Assembly: GCA_021776925.1 (NCBI GenBank)
Contig: JAJFFB010000042.1
Coordinates: 1,961 to 65,960, forward strand
DNA: 64,000 nt
Reading direction: 5' to 3'
Origin: Planctomycetota bacterium
GTDB lineage: Bacteria > Planctomycetota > UBA1135
This document shows positions 19,167 through 27,356 of the stretch, piece after piece. The notes below the pieces were generated by a model. The model was not told the origin of the DNA. It saw only the letters and a list, made by a program, of their open reading frames with translations, and ran no database searches. Made by a program: the position numbers and the translations under genes. The stretch's first letter is position 1, and each line of letters starts with the position of its first letter.

Positions 19167-19963
19167 GGGGTCTCCACTTTGAACCAGTCTGTGATCGCCC
19201 GCAAAATCGCGTTGGGTAGGTAGACCCGGATCGGATTGACTGGATCCTTTGCCCAAGGGTCGACCACCTGCCGATAGTCAATATGGGCGCCTGCCTTCTC
19301 GAGAACCTGAGCGCTGGCTTGCAGACGCTGGTCTTCACTGCTATCGATGAGGCAGGCACGGACATGGGAAAGCGAGAGCGCGCTGTCTAGGTCCAGGGTT
19401 TCAATCTCGTCGACCAAGTCGCCGGGGAAGCACTGGCCGAGGGCTTCAAAGCGGTACAGGTCGCTTTGGAATTCCTTCATGTCTCGGTGGACCCGGCGAT
19501 ACATACCGATGAACTCTTCATGGTCCTCCTTGATTTCGGCTAGATAATCACGGCCATTAAGGACCGGATCCCAAAGAACCACGCGTTGGATCTCAGGCTT
19601 GGTGGACGCTTCTATGCACAGGGCTGCACCAATACGACGACCGACTAGGTGGATGCGCTCGACGCCGGCCTCTTCTTGCAATTGGGCCATGCTCGTTTGC
19701 AAGTCCTCTCTCCAGCGGACGAGGCTCATATCCTCGTCGTCACCGGCACTGTCCCCGGTGCCGCTGTAATCAAAGCGCAAGACGAAATAACCGAGCTTGG
19801 CGAGACGGTCAGCCAGGACCTTATTGGAGCGGTAGCTGCGAAAGTACTCGTTGGCAAAGGGGGGGGCGATCACGATCCCCTCCCCACCCGCAGATTCCGC
19901 GGGGGGGTAGTGGAGGATTCCGAACAGAGGAAGGGCTGGCGGGCCGAAGAAGAGCTGCTTCAT
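19163..19963 (-). CDS. Alpha/beta hydrolase-fold protein lacking the catalytic Ser (exosortase-A hydrolase 2-like)
   Basis: LRFDYSGTGDSAGD, GRRIG in place of GxSxG, LWDPVLNGRDYL. Confidence 0.75.
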   Translation of the reverse strand: MKQLFFGPPALPLFGILHYPPAESAGGEGIVIAPPFANEYFRSYRSNKVLADRLAKLGYFVLRFDYSGTGDSAGDDEDMSLVRWREDLQTSMAQLQEEAGVERIHLVGRRIGAALCIEASTKPEIQRVVLWDPVLNGRDYLAEIKEDHEEFIGMYRRVHRDMKEFQSDLYRFEALGQCFPGDLVDEIETLDLDSALSLSHVRACLIDSSEDQRLQASAQVLEKAGAHIDYRQVVDPWAKDPVNPIRVYLPNAILRAITDWFKVETP

Positions 19964-20105
19964 TTGGCCTTGGAAGAGGTGGGCTTCAACAGGAGGATGG
20001 GAGGCTCGAGACCGCCTTCGCCACCGATTTAGGATCGATGGGGGTCGGAAGTATACCAGCGAGATCGGGGAATAGGAAGATGCGGTTGCAGTCCATGGCG
20101 ACCGC

Positions 20106-20111
20106 TATAAT
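20106..20111 (+). promoter_or_regulatory. Consensus -10 element (TATAAT) of a probable leaderless promoter
   Basis: Perfect TATAAT 7 nt upstream of ATG 20119, with no Shine-Dalgarno between them. Confidence 0.6.
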
Positions 20112-20118
20112 CCCGCGC

Positions 20119-20874
20119 ATGACAAAAAAAACTGTGTTCATTACCGGTGCGAGCCGTGGCATCGGTCGCGCCGTTGTTGAACGGTTTCTGGAGGACGGAT
20201 TCCAGGTGGCCATGGGGGCGCGGTCGCTGGACGTCCTAAAAGAGATCGAAAAGGCCAATCCGGAGATGTCCAAAGCTTGGCACCTGGACGTCAGTGATCG
20301 CGCCGAAGTAGACAAGGTGGTCAGCGAAGCCGCCGCTCATTTCGGAAGCCTGGACTGCATCGTGAACAATGCTGGGGTCGGTGGCCGCACTGCGATCGAA
20401 GACGTGACCGACGAAGAATGGCGCAATCTCATGTCCGTGAATCTGGATGGTCCGATGTACGTGACGCGGGCAGCTCTGCCGCATATTCCCTCAGGCGGGC
20501 AGATCATCAATGTTTCATCGGTCCTCGGCAAGGTGGGCTCCACTCTCACCAGCCCTTATTGCGCCTCAAAATTTGGTCTCATCGGCTTCACCAAGGCCCT
20601 GGCCCTGGAATTTGCCCCGCGTGGGATCCAGGTAAACGCAGTGTGCCCCGGGTGGGTTGATACCGAAATGACCGAATCCGGAATCGTCCGCGAAGCCGCC
20701 AACCTTGGCATTAAAGAATCCACCCTGCGCATGAAGCTGGCCATGGACGTGCCACAGAGGCGCTTCCTGGAAGCCGCCGAAATCGCGAATTTCATCGCCT
20801 TCCTGGCCACGCCAGGAGCAAAGGGAATTACCGGGCAGGCCCTCTCGATCTGCGGCGGGTTGACCCCTTCCTGA
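20119..20874 (+). CDS. SDR ketoreductase (FabG / type II PKS ActIII-like)
   Basis: TGASRGIG, NNAG, YCASK, NAVCPGWVDT; C-terminal GQALSICGGL resembles the end of ActIII-type ketoreductases. Confidence 0.88.
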   Translation: MTKKTVFITGASRGIGRAVVERFLEDGFQVAMGARSLDVLKEIEKANPEMSKAWHLDVSDRAEVDKVVSEAAAHFGSLDCIVNNAGVGGRTAIEDVTDEEWRNLMSVNLDGPMYVTRAALPHIPSGGQIINVSSVLGKVGSTLTSPYCASKFGLIGFTKALALEFAPRGIQVNAVCPGWVDTEMTESGIVREAANLGIKESTLRMKLAMDVPQRRFLEAAEIANFIAFLATPGAKGITGQALSICGGLTPS

Positions 20875-20890
20875 TCGGGGCCTTTGAGGT

Positions 20891-21045
20891 CCAGGCCTTG
20901 GTCTCGTTCTCGAGGGTGGTCGTGACCTGTTCCAGCGTCGAGAGGAAACCGAGTTCGCCGGTCGGGTTCACTCGGAGCCTCTGCTCGGTTTCGCAACCAC
21001 CCACGTGGCGCGAAGAGTATCAACGGAAGGTGTAATATCTGATGC
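20891..21045 (-). pseudogene. Decayed copy of the carrier-protein gene at 23280-23525
   Basis: 19-nt identity ACCTGTTCCAGCGTCGAGA (20925-20943 vs 23314-23332). Translates ELGFLSTLEQVTTTLENETKA vs ENSFVSTLEQVAANLEKETKV. Upstream indels; GGDS motif lost. Confidence 0.8.
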
Positions 21046-21121
21046 TTCTTCGGATGCTGATAGGCTTCCGATAGGAGCCGCCTCCAAGGCAGTAGTACAA
21101 TCCACCAGACGTTCCGAGACC

Positions 21122-21991
21122 ATGGCTTCCCCTGAATCCAAAATCGTTGTTACCGGCGCCGGGTTTTCCGAACTTGGCGAGGGAGATGTTCGGCCATTCC
21201 TCCGGACACCCAATTTGCGCAAGCTGCTCGGGCCCTGGGACCGCTTGGCGGTCATGGCTGCGGCACGCGCGATCGAGGCGGCGAACCTGCCCTTGGACCT
21301 GGGCGAACGTGCAGGATTATTTATGGTGGTCGGACACGTCCCCGCCCAAAAGGACAATATGGAAACCCTCATGGAAGACTCCCTGGATGAGAACGGAGAC
21401 TTCTCCGAGGCCCTCAATTGCCGTAATGCCTACCTCAATTTTAACCCGATCTGGACCTTTCACAGCCTGACCAATTCGCCGGCCTTTTTTGTCTCCTCCA
21501 GTTTCAACATACAGGGCACCTACTTTGTGACTTTTTCGGAGCCGGGCCAATTTTATCTGGCGCTGGAAGAGTGCATCTACGCGCTCAGGGCCGGGCGCGC
21601 GGACATGGCAGTGGTGGGCGCCACCGTTGACCAGGACAACGAGATGGTGCGCTTCCATTACCGCCGCACACTGCCTCCGCTCGCGGAAGAAGAACTGCGC
21701 AGCGGCGCCGGTTTCCTCATTCTTGAAACGGCTGAGGCCGCTGCCGCGCGAGGAGCCCAGCCGCACGCCATTCTCGAGGAATACAGCATTGAATACCGTA
21801 CCCACGATCCACTGAAGGAGTCCTTTGCCCAGGAAGAGGTCTTCCAGCCGGCCGGGCCCTGCTCCGACGCCTATTGGGGGCCGGCATCGCTGCCGATCTC
21901 GATTGCGCGGGCGGGTGCCGGAACTCTTGAGCATTCTCTGCGTGGACGCGATGGCATTCATGCGACCAGTCGCTGGGAGGTGAAGTCATGA
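21122..21991 (+). CDS. Short catalytically inactive ketosynthase-like protein (chain-length-factor-like), copy 1
   Basis: KS N-terminal fold ([42 protein letters not shown]); Cys elbow replaced by TFSEPG; no His-His pair. Confidence 0.75.
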   Translation: MASPESKIVVTGAGFSELGEGDVRPFLRTPNLRKLLGPWDRLAVMAAARAIEAANLPLDLGERAGLFMVVGHVPAQKDNMETLMEDSLDENGDFSEALNCRNAYLNFNPIWTFHSLTNSPAFFVSSSFNIQGTYFVTFSEPGQFYLALEECIYALRAGRADMAVVGATVDQDNEMVRFHYRRTLPPLAEEELRSGAGFLILETAEAAAARGAQPHAILEEYSIEYRTHDPLKESFAQEEVFQPAGPCSDAYWGPASLPISIARAGAGTLEHSLRGRDGIHATSRWEVKS

Positions 21992-23202
21992 CCCATCGCG
22001 TAGTCATCACCGGAATCGGGGTGGTCTTGCCCAACGGCAATAACCCTGAATCCTACCGGGACAATCTGATCGCCGGCAAATCCGGAGCTGGGCCGATCAC
22101 CCTCTTTGATGCAGGTGAAATGCCCACTCGGATCGCCGCCGAGGTCAAGTGGGACGGTCCGCTGGTCGCCGAGGACCGCCGCACCACCTTCGCCATCGAG
22201 GCCGCGCGTCAAGCCTACGACAACGCCAACCTGTGTGGATCGGCCCCCAAAGGAGACGGCCGTTTGTGTGTCGGAGTTGGCTTGGAGGTCTTTGCTCCTG
22301 CCGATATGGCCAAGATGCAGCGAGCCGATTTCGAACTCCCCGAGGAACTCGCCAAGCGCCTGAAATTCCTCCACATGCCCGGGGACCTGATGCCCCACGT
22401 CGTCTCCGAGCGTTTCGGCTTTCGGAGGCCGCCATTGGTGATGATCTCGGCCTGTGCCAGCAGCGCCGATGCCATCGGTTCCTGCTATCGCGAGATCGCC
22501 CACGGGCGACAGCGCTGGATGATGGGGGGTGGTACGGACTCCATGGTGACTCCGCTGGGGATCATTGCTTTTTCCAAACTGTGTGCCTTGAGCACCCTGA
22601 ACGAGTCGCCCGAGAAAGCCGCTAGACCATTCAGCCGCGATCGCGAGGGATTTGTCATGGGTGAAGGGGCGAGCATGCTGGTCCTGGAGCGTCTCGAGGA
22701 CGCCGAGGCCCGCGGTGCCGAAATCTACGGAGAGATCGTCGGCTATGGCCATTCCCTTGACGCCTTCGGCATCGCCGAGCCCCATCCCGAGGGGCGTGGT
22801 GCTTTGCAGGCGATGCAACGGGCATTGGATGACGGGGGCCTGCACCCCGATCAGGTGGATGTCATCAACGGCCACGCAACCGCAACCCGGAAAAATGATC
22901 CTATCGAGTCGCTGGCGTGCAAGAACCTCTTAGGCGACCGGGCCAAAGAGGTGCCGATCTGCGCCACCAAATCGATGATCGGTCACATCATCGCCGGTTC
23001 GGCTGCTGCCGAAATTGTTGCCACCGTGGTGTGCATGAACGTGGACATGGTCCACCCGACGCTTAATCTGCACGATCCGGATCCGGAATGTGATCTGGAC
23101 TATGTGCCGCTTGTCGCTCGTCCACACAAAACCACCTTGGCTTTGTGCAACTCCTTTGGTTTCGGCGGCATGAACGCGACGATCGCCGTGCGCAAGCTTT
23201 AA
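21988..23202 (+). CDS. Beta-ketoacyl-ACP synthase (FabF/KS-alpha-like), copy 1
   Basis: SACASS (Cys), NGHATAT and KSMIGH (His-His), [15 protein letters not shown]. Confidence 0.93.
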   Translation: MTHRVVITGIGVVLPNGNNPESYRDNLIAGKSGAGPITLFDAGEMPTRIAAEVKWDGPLVAEDRRTTFAIEAARQAYDNANLCGSAPKGDGRLCVGVGLEVFAPADMAKMQRADFELPEELAKRLKFLHMPGDLMPHVVSERFGFRRPPLVMISACASSADAIGSCYREIAHGRQRWMMGGGTDSMVTPLGIIAFSKLCALSTLNESPEKAARPFSRDREGFVMGEGASMLVLERLEDAEARGAEIYGEIVGYGHSLDAFGIAEPHPEGRGALQAMQRALDDGGLHPDQVDVINGHATATRKNDPIESLACKNLLGDRAKEVPICATKSMIGHIIAGSAAAEIVATVVCMNVDMVHPTLNLHDPDPECDLDYVPLVARPHKTTLALCNSFGFGGMNATIAVRKL

Positions 23203-23279
23203 CCAATCGCTAGAGAATCAAGCTCGGTCAGAGCGCTGGACACCTCGATGGCCGGGTCCAGAGCATCGCGTCGGCGGGT

Positions 23280-23525
23280 TCAGACTTTGGTTTCCTTCTC
23301 GAGGTTGGCGGCAACCTGTTCCAGCGTCGAGACGAAACTGTTTTCGTGGTCGAGTTTTACTCCGAGGCGCTTCTCGATTTCGGCAACGACCTGCAAAGCA
23401 TCCATGGAATCGCCACCAAGGTCGACGAAGGTGTCGTCGAGCTCGATGTGTTCTACATCAAGAGCCTTGCACCATACTTCGGCAACGATGGTTTCCATCT
23501 CGGTCCGTGGGCGGGTATCAGTCAT
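23280..23525 (-). CDS. Stand-alone phosphopantetheine carrier protein (PCP/ACP-like)
   Basis: PRTEMETIVAEVW...DDTFVDLGGDSMDAL, with the Ser attachment site. Confidence 0.9.
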   Translation of the reverse strand: MTDTRPRTEMETIVAEVWCKALDVEHIELDDTFVDLGGDSMDALQVVAEIEKRLGVKLDHENSFVSTLEQVAANLEKETKV

Positions 23526-23708
23526 CGATCCGGTGCGAAGCTATTTTTGACTAGGGTCGGGGAAGAGTCGGAGGCCAAAAACGAGCGAAGAGGCGCGACG
23601 AAAATCAACGAAAGTTGTATGCTCGTCCGCTTCTTCGGGCGCCGTTCGGCCTCCAAATGGTAGCAGCGTCCTAGGCCGTTGTGCAATCCTACCGCCCAAT
23701 TCGAGCCC

Positions 23709-24581
23709 ATGGTCTCCCCTGATTCCCAAATCGTCGTCACTGGTGCCGGGTTCTCCGAGCCGGGAGATGAAGGCGACGCCAGGCCCTTTCTGCGCACGCC
23801 CAAACTACGCAAGCTGCTCGGACCGTGGGACCATCTGGCAGTGCTGGCGGCCTCCCGGGCCATCGAGGCCGCGGGACTGCCAAAGAGCCTGGGCGAACGC
23901 GCCGGTCTCTATGTGGTGGTCGGCCACGTTCCAGCGCAGAAGGAGAACATGGAAGCTCTCATCGAGGGATCCCTGGACGAAAACGGCGAGTTCTCCGGCA
24001 AGCTCCACGCCCGCGGCGGATACCTCAATTTCAACCCGATCTGGACCTTCCGCAGCCTGACCAATGCACCAGCCTTTTTTGTCTCCTCCTGTTTTGACAT
24101 CCAGGGACCGTATTTCGTGACCTTTTCTGAGCCCGGCCAGTTCTATCTGGCCCTGGAAGAGGGGATTCACGCGCTGCGCGCGGGTCGTGCCGACATTGCC
24201 GTAGTCGGAGCCACCGTCGACCAGGACAACGAGATGGTGCGCTTCCACTACCGCCGTACACGTCCGCCGGTGGCCGAGGATCTGCTGCGCAGTGGCGCCG
24301 GTTTTCTCGTTCTTGAAACCGCCGAAGCGGCCTCAGCTCGTGGGGCCCAAGCGCATGCCGTGCTTAAGGACTACACGATCGGATACCGCACCCACGATCC
24401 ATTAATGGAGTCCTTCGCCCAGGAAGAGACCTTCCAACCCGCCGGACCCTGCTCCGACGCTTTCTGGGGTCCGGCCTCCCTGCCGATATCGATCGCTCGC
24501 GCCGAGCCAGGAACCTTGCAGCACCAATTGCTCAGCCGCGACGGGATCCAGGCCACCAGCTGCTGGGAGGTGCAGCAATGA
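23709..24581 (+). CDS. Chain-length-factor-like inactive ketosynthase, copy 2
   Basis: Colinear paralog of 21122-21991 with the same motifs. Confidence 0.75.
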   Translation: MVSPDSQIVVTGAGFSEPGDEGDARPFLRTPKLRKLLGPWDHLAVLAASRAIEAAGLPKSLGERAGLYVVVGHVPAQKENMEALIEGSLDENGEFSGKLHARGGYLNFNPIWTFRSLTNAPAFFVSSCFDIQGPYFVTFSEPGQFYLALEEGIHALRAGRADIAVVGATVDQDNEMVRFHYRRTRPPVAEDLLRSGAGFLVLETAEAASARGAQAHAVLKDYTIGYRTHDPLMESFAQEETFQPAGPCSDAFWGPASLPISIARAEPGTLQHQLLSRDGIQATSCWEVQQ

Positions 24582-25792
24582 GACATCGCGTCGTCATCAC
24601 CGGCATCGGCGCGCTGCTGCCCAACGGCAACGACCCCGAGACCTACCGCGATAACCTGATCGCGGGCCATTCCGGCGCCGGTCCGATCACCGTTTTCGAC
24701 GCCGGCGACATGCCCACCCGCATCGCCGCCGAGGTCAAGTGGGATGGTCTGCTGGTCGCCGATGACCGCCGCACCACCTTCGCCCTTGAAGCCGCGCGCC
24801 AGGCTTTCGAGAACGCCCACCGCTGCGGCACCGCCCCGCACGGCGACGGCCGTCTGTGCATGGGCGTCGGCCTCGAGATTTTCTCGCCAACCGACCTGGC
24901 GCAGATGCAGCGCCCCGATTTCGAATTGCCTGAGGTACTGGCCAAGCGCCTGAAGTTCTTGCACATGCCCGGGGACCTGGTGCCCCACGTGGTGTCCGAG
25001 CGCTACGGCTTCGGCCTCCCTCCGCTGGTCATGATCTCGACCTGTGCCGGCAGTGCCGACGCCATCGGTTCGGCCTATCGCGAAGTGGCCAGCGGTCGGC
25101 AACGCTGGATGATGAGCGGCGGCACAGATTCGATGATCAGCCCGCTCGGAATCACCGCGTTCTCCAAGCTGTGTACCCTGAGCACCAAGAACGAGGTGCC
25201 CGCCGAAGCACCCAAGCCGTTCAGCCGCGACCGCGACGGATTCGTCATGGGCGAAGGCGCTGGAATGCTGATGCTGGAGCGCCTAGAAGACGCCAAGGCG
25301 CGCGGTGCCGAAATCTACGGCGAAATCGTCGGCTACGGCAACTCTCTCGACGCCTTTGGCATCAGCGAACCTCATCCAGAGGGGCGCGGAGCCTTGCAGG
25401 CGATGCAGCGTGCACTTGCAGACGCGTGCCTGCACGCCGATCAGATCGACGTCATCAACGGCCACGCCACTGGCACGCGCAAGAACGATCCGATCGAGAC
25501 CCTGGCGTGCAAGAACCTGCTCGGCGCGCGCGCACCGGAAGTGCCGATCTGCGCGACCAAATCGATGATCGGCCACCTCGTGGCAGGGTCCGGCGTGGCC
25601 GAATTTGTGGCCACCGTGATGTGCATGAACGCGGATATGGTCCACCCCACCCTGAACCTGCACGATCCGGATCCGGAATGTGACCTGGACTACGTGCCTT
25701 TGGTCGCCCGCCCCCACAAGACAACGATTGCGATGTGCAATTCTTTCGGCTTCGGTGGCATGAACGCTTCGATCCTGGTGCGCAAGCTGTAA
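24578..25792 (+). CDS. Beta-ketoacyl-ACP synthase (FabF/KS-alpha-like), copy 2
   Basis: STCAGS, NGHATGT, KSMIGH; same length (404 aa) as copy 1. Confidence 0.93.
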   Translation: MRHRVVITGIGALLPNGNDPETYRDNLIAGHSGAGPITVFDAGDMPTRIAAEVKWDGLLVADDRRTTFALEAARQAFENAHRCGTAPHGDGRLCMGVGLEIFSPTDLAQMQRPDFELPEVLAKRLKFLHMPGDLVPHVVSERYGFGLPPLVMISTCAGSADAIGSAYREVASGRQRWMMSGGTDSMISPLGITAFSKLCTLSTKNEVPAEAPKPFSRDRDGFVMGEGAGMLMLERLEDAKARGAEIYGEIVGYGNSLDAFGISEPHPEGRGALQAMQRALADACLHADQIDVINGHATGTRKNDPIETLACKNLLGARAPEVPICATKSMIGHLVAGSGVAEFVATVMCMNADMVHPTLNLHDPDPECDLDYVPLVARPHKTTIAMCNSFGFGGMNASILVRKL

Positions 25793-25821
25793 CGCGGGCT
25801 GCTTCGGCGAGAGTTCGGGGG

Positions 25822-27356
25822 CTACTGCGAAAGTCCCAGGCGCAGCGGGGCGGACACCTGGATCATCCCTCCCGGCCCGAGCACAACGGCCAGGAAGTCT
25901 AATTCGGTCAGTCCGCCGGGCAACGGTGGAAGGTGTGACAGCAGCGCTTCGGCGGTGGCCCGTGAGGACAGGTCCAGTACGCCGTCGAAACTGGACACCG
26001 GGTATTGGCCTGGGTTCTGCCACAGGTCCAAGGTCAGCGGATCGGGGTTGATCTCGAGATGGGTTCCGCGCACCACCACCCCTGGCGAGACGCCGGAATA
26101 GCCAGCCAGGATCTGGTAGCGCCAGCCGGGGGTCTGGCTGAAGGACTGCAAAGACAGGCGCAGGTCCGGCAGGTCGCCGGGATTGAGCGCCGGCCATGAG
26201 GCCGACAACGACGGGCGCGGCGCGGGTGCCAGCGGCAAGGACAGGCTTGAGGGCGTCTGCCCGCCATAGGCCAGGCCAGCTTGAAAAGGCTGAGTCACCG
26301 GCAGCGCGCGCAGCACCGAGGTGCCATAGGTCAGGCGGTGCCAGGCCAGTTCTCGATGCGCAGGCGCAGGCGGCTGCCGCTGGGCAGCGGTTCGCTGAGG
26401 AAAGAAACCGCATCCAGAGGCACCACCTGCATCAACTCCTCGGGAGTCGGCAGCCACTGGATGTAGTCCATCACCGAAACTGGCAACAAGGGCTGATGAA
26501 GCAGGACTTCAGCACCGCTCTGTGCCGGCGGAACAGCTTCGAGGCGTTCGCCGTCGGCGAGATAGAAGGTCAGGTCGGTGGTCCCGGGCAGCGGCCAGGT
26601 GTCGCTTTCGAGCACGCTCCAGACGCGCTCGAGGTCGTTGTTGTGCCCCGGCTCGGTGGGGGTGGCGACGACGCGGAAGGGCGCCCAGTCTCCCTGCGGA
26701 TTGGGCACCCCTTTCAGTTCCTGCTCGAAGAAGTGCGTGCGGCGGAAATCCATGGCCATGAGCTCGGCGCGATTTTCCGCGGTGCCGTGGCCGCCGACGC
26801 TCAAGGACAGGTATTTGCGCGCGCCGGGTGCGAACAGAACTCCCCAATCTGGCAACGCCTGATTGACCGCGGCGAAACGGTCGTCCCAGGCCAGCGAGGC
26901 CATCACCGAAGTGGTCGAATCAAGCAACAGCAGCAGCGGATCAAAGGCCGGATCGTCGAGCAGGTCGGCGAGGGCGCCGAATTCTTCGTTAACCAGAAAG
27001 GGCAGGACCGCGGCCAGGAAGGCGGGATCGTAATGGATGTTCCAGTCCGGATCAAACATCTGGCGCAGGATCAGTTCACTGACCGCGGTGCCCTGCGGCA
27101 GGAAATGGGCCGGTGCGTTTGGACCGAAGTTGGTCGGCGCGATCGCGTGCACTACCGGCACCGGGGAAAAGCGCCTCGGCGGCCTCCATGATCTCGAACA
27201 GGTCCAGGCGTTCGCGCGCGCCGAGCTACTCGCGGCCGTAGAAGCGCGGATCGTTCAAGGCCATGCCTTCGCCGTTGCCCGCCCCGGCAACGCCAGGAGC
27301 AGGCATACGGTCAGCGGCAGGGCGAGGCTAATCCTTCCAGGAATCGGGATAGTCAT
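25822..27356 (-). pseudogene. Disrupted secreted hydrolase gene (CocE/PepX S15-like remnant with a C-terminal accessory domain)
   Basis: Signal peptide ends in a TGA at 27255. Another frame reads GEGMALNDPRFYGRE*LGARERLDLFE with TAG at 27226-27228. The 276-aa ORF ends GSRLRLRIEN and continues as LAWHRLTYG after a 1-nt frameshift near 26349. Confidence 0.65.

Larger units (their letters stand above)
20891..25792. repeat. Diverged tandem duplication of the carrier(-)/CLF-like(+)/KS(+) unit
   Basis: CLF starts 2587 nt apart and KS starts 2590 nt apart; carrier remnant and CLF upstream regions are also homologous. Confidence 0.92.

Noticed and set aside
18198-25822. Mobile element boundaries for the KS island
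   Set aside because: No integrase, transposase, tRNA or flanking direct repeats seen; the horizontal origin remains an inference from composition only.
26331-26333. TGA ending the 276-aa ORF as possible read-through
   Set aside because: The same frame hits another stop within about 12 codons; the continuation is in a shifted frame.
27255-27257. Second in-frame TGA (AWP*) linking a signal peptide to the 276-aa ORF, considered as another Sec codon
   Set aside because: The read-through text (TIRASTAASSS...) looks non-coding, a different frame carries the coding-like sequence with its own TAG, and no equally clean hairpin follows. Pseudogene decay explains it better.
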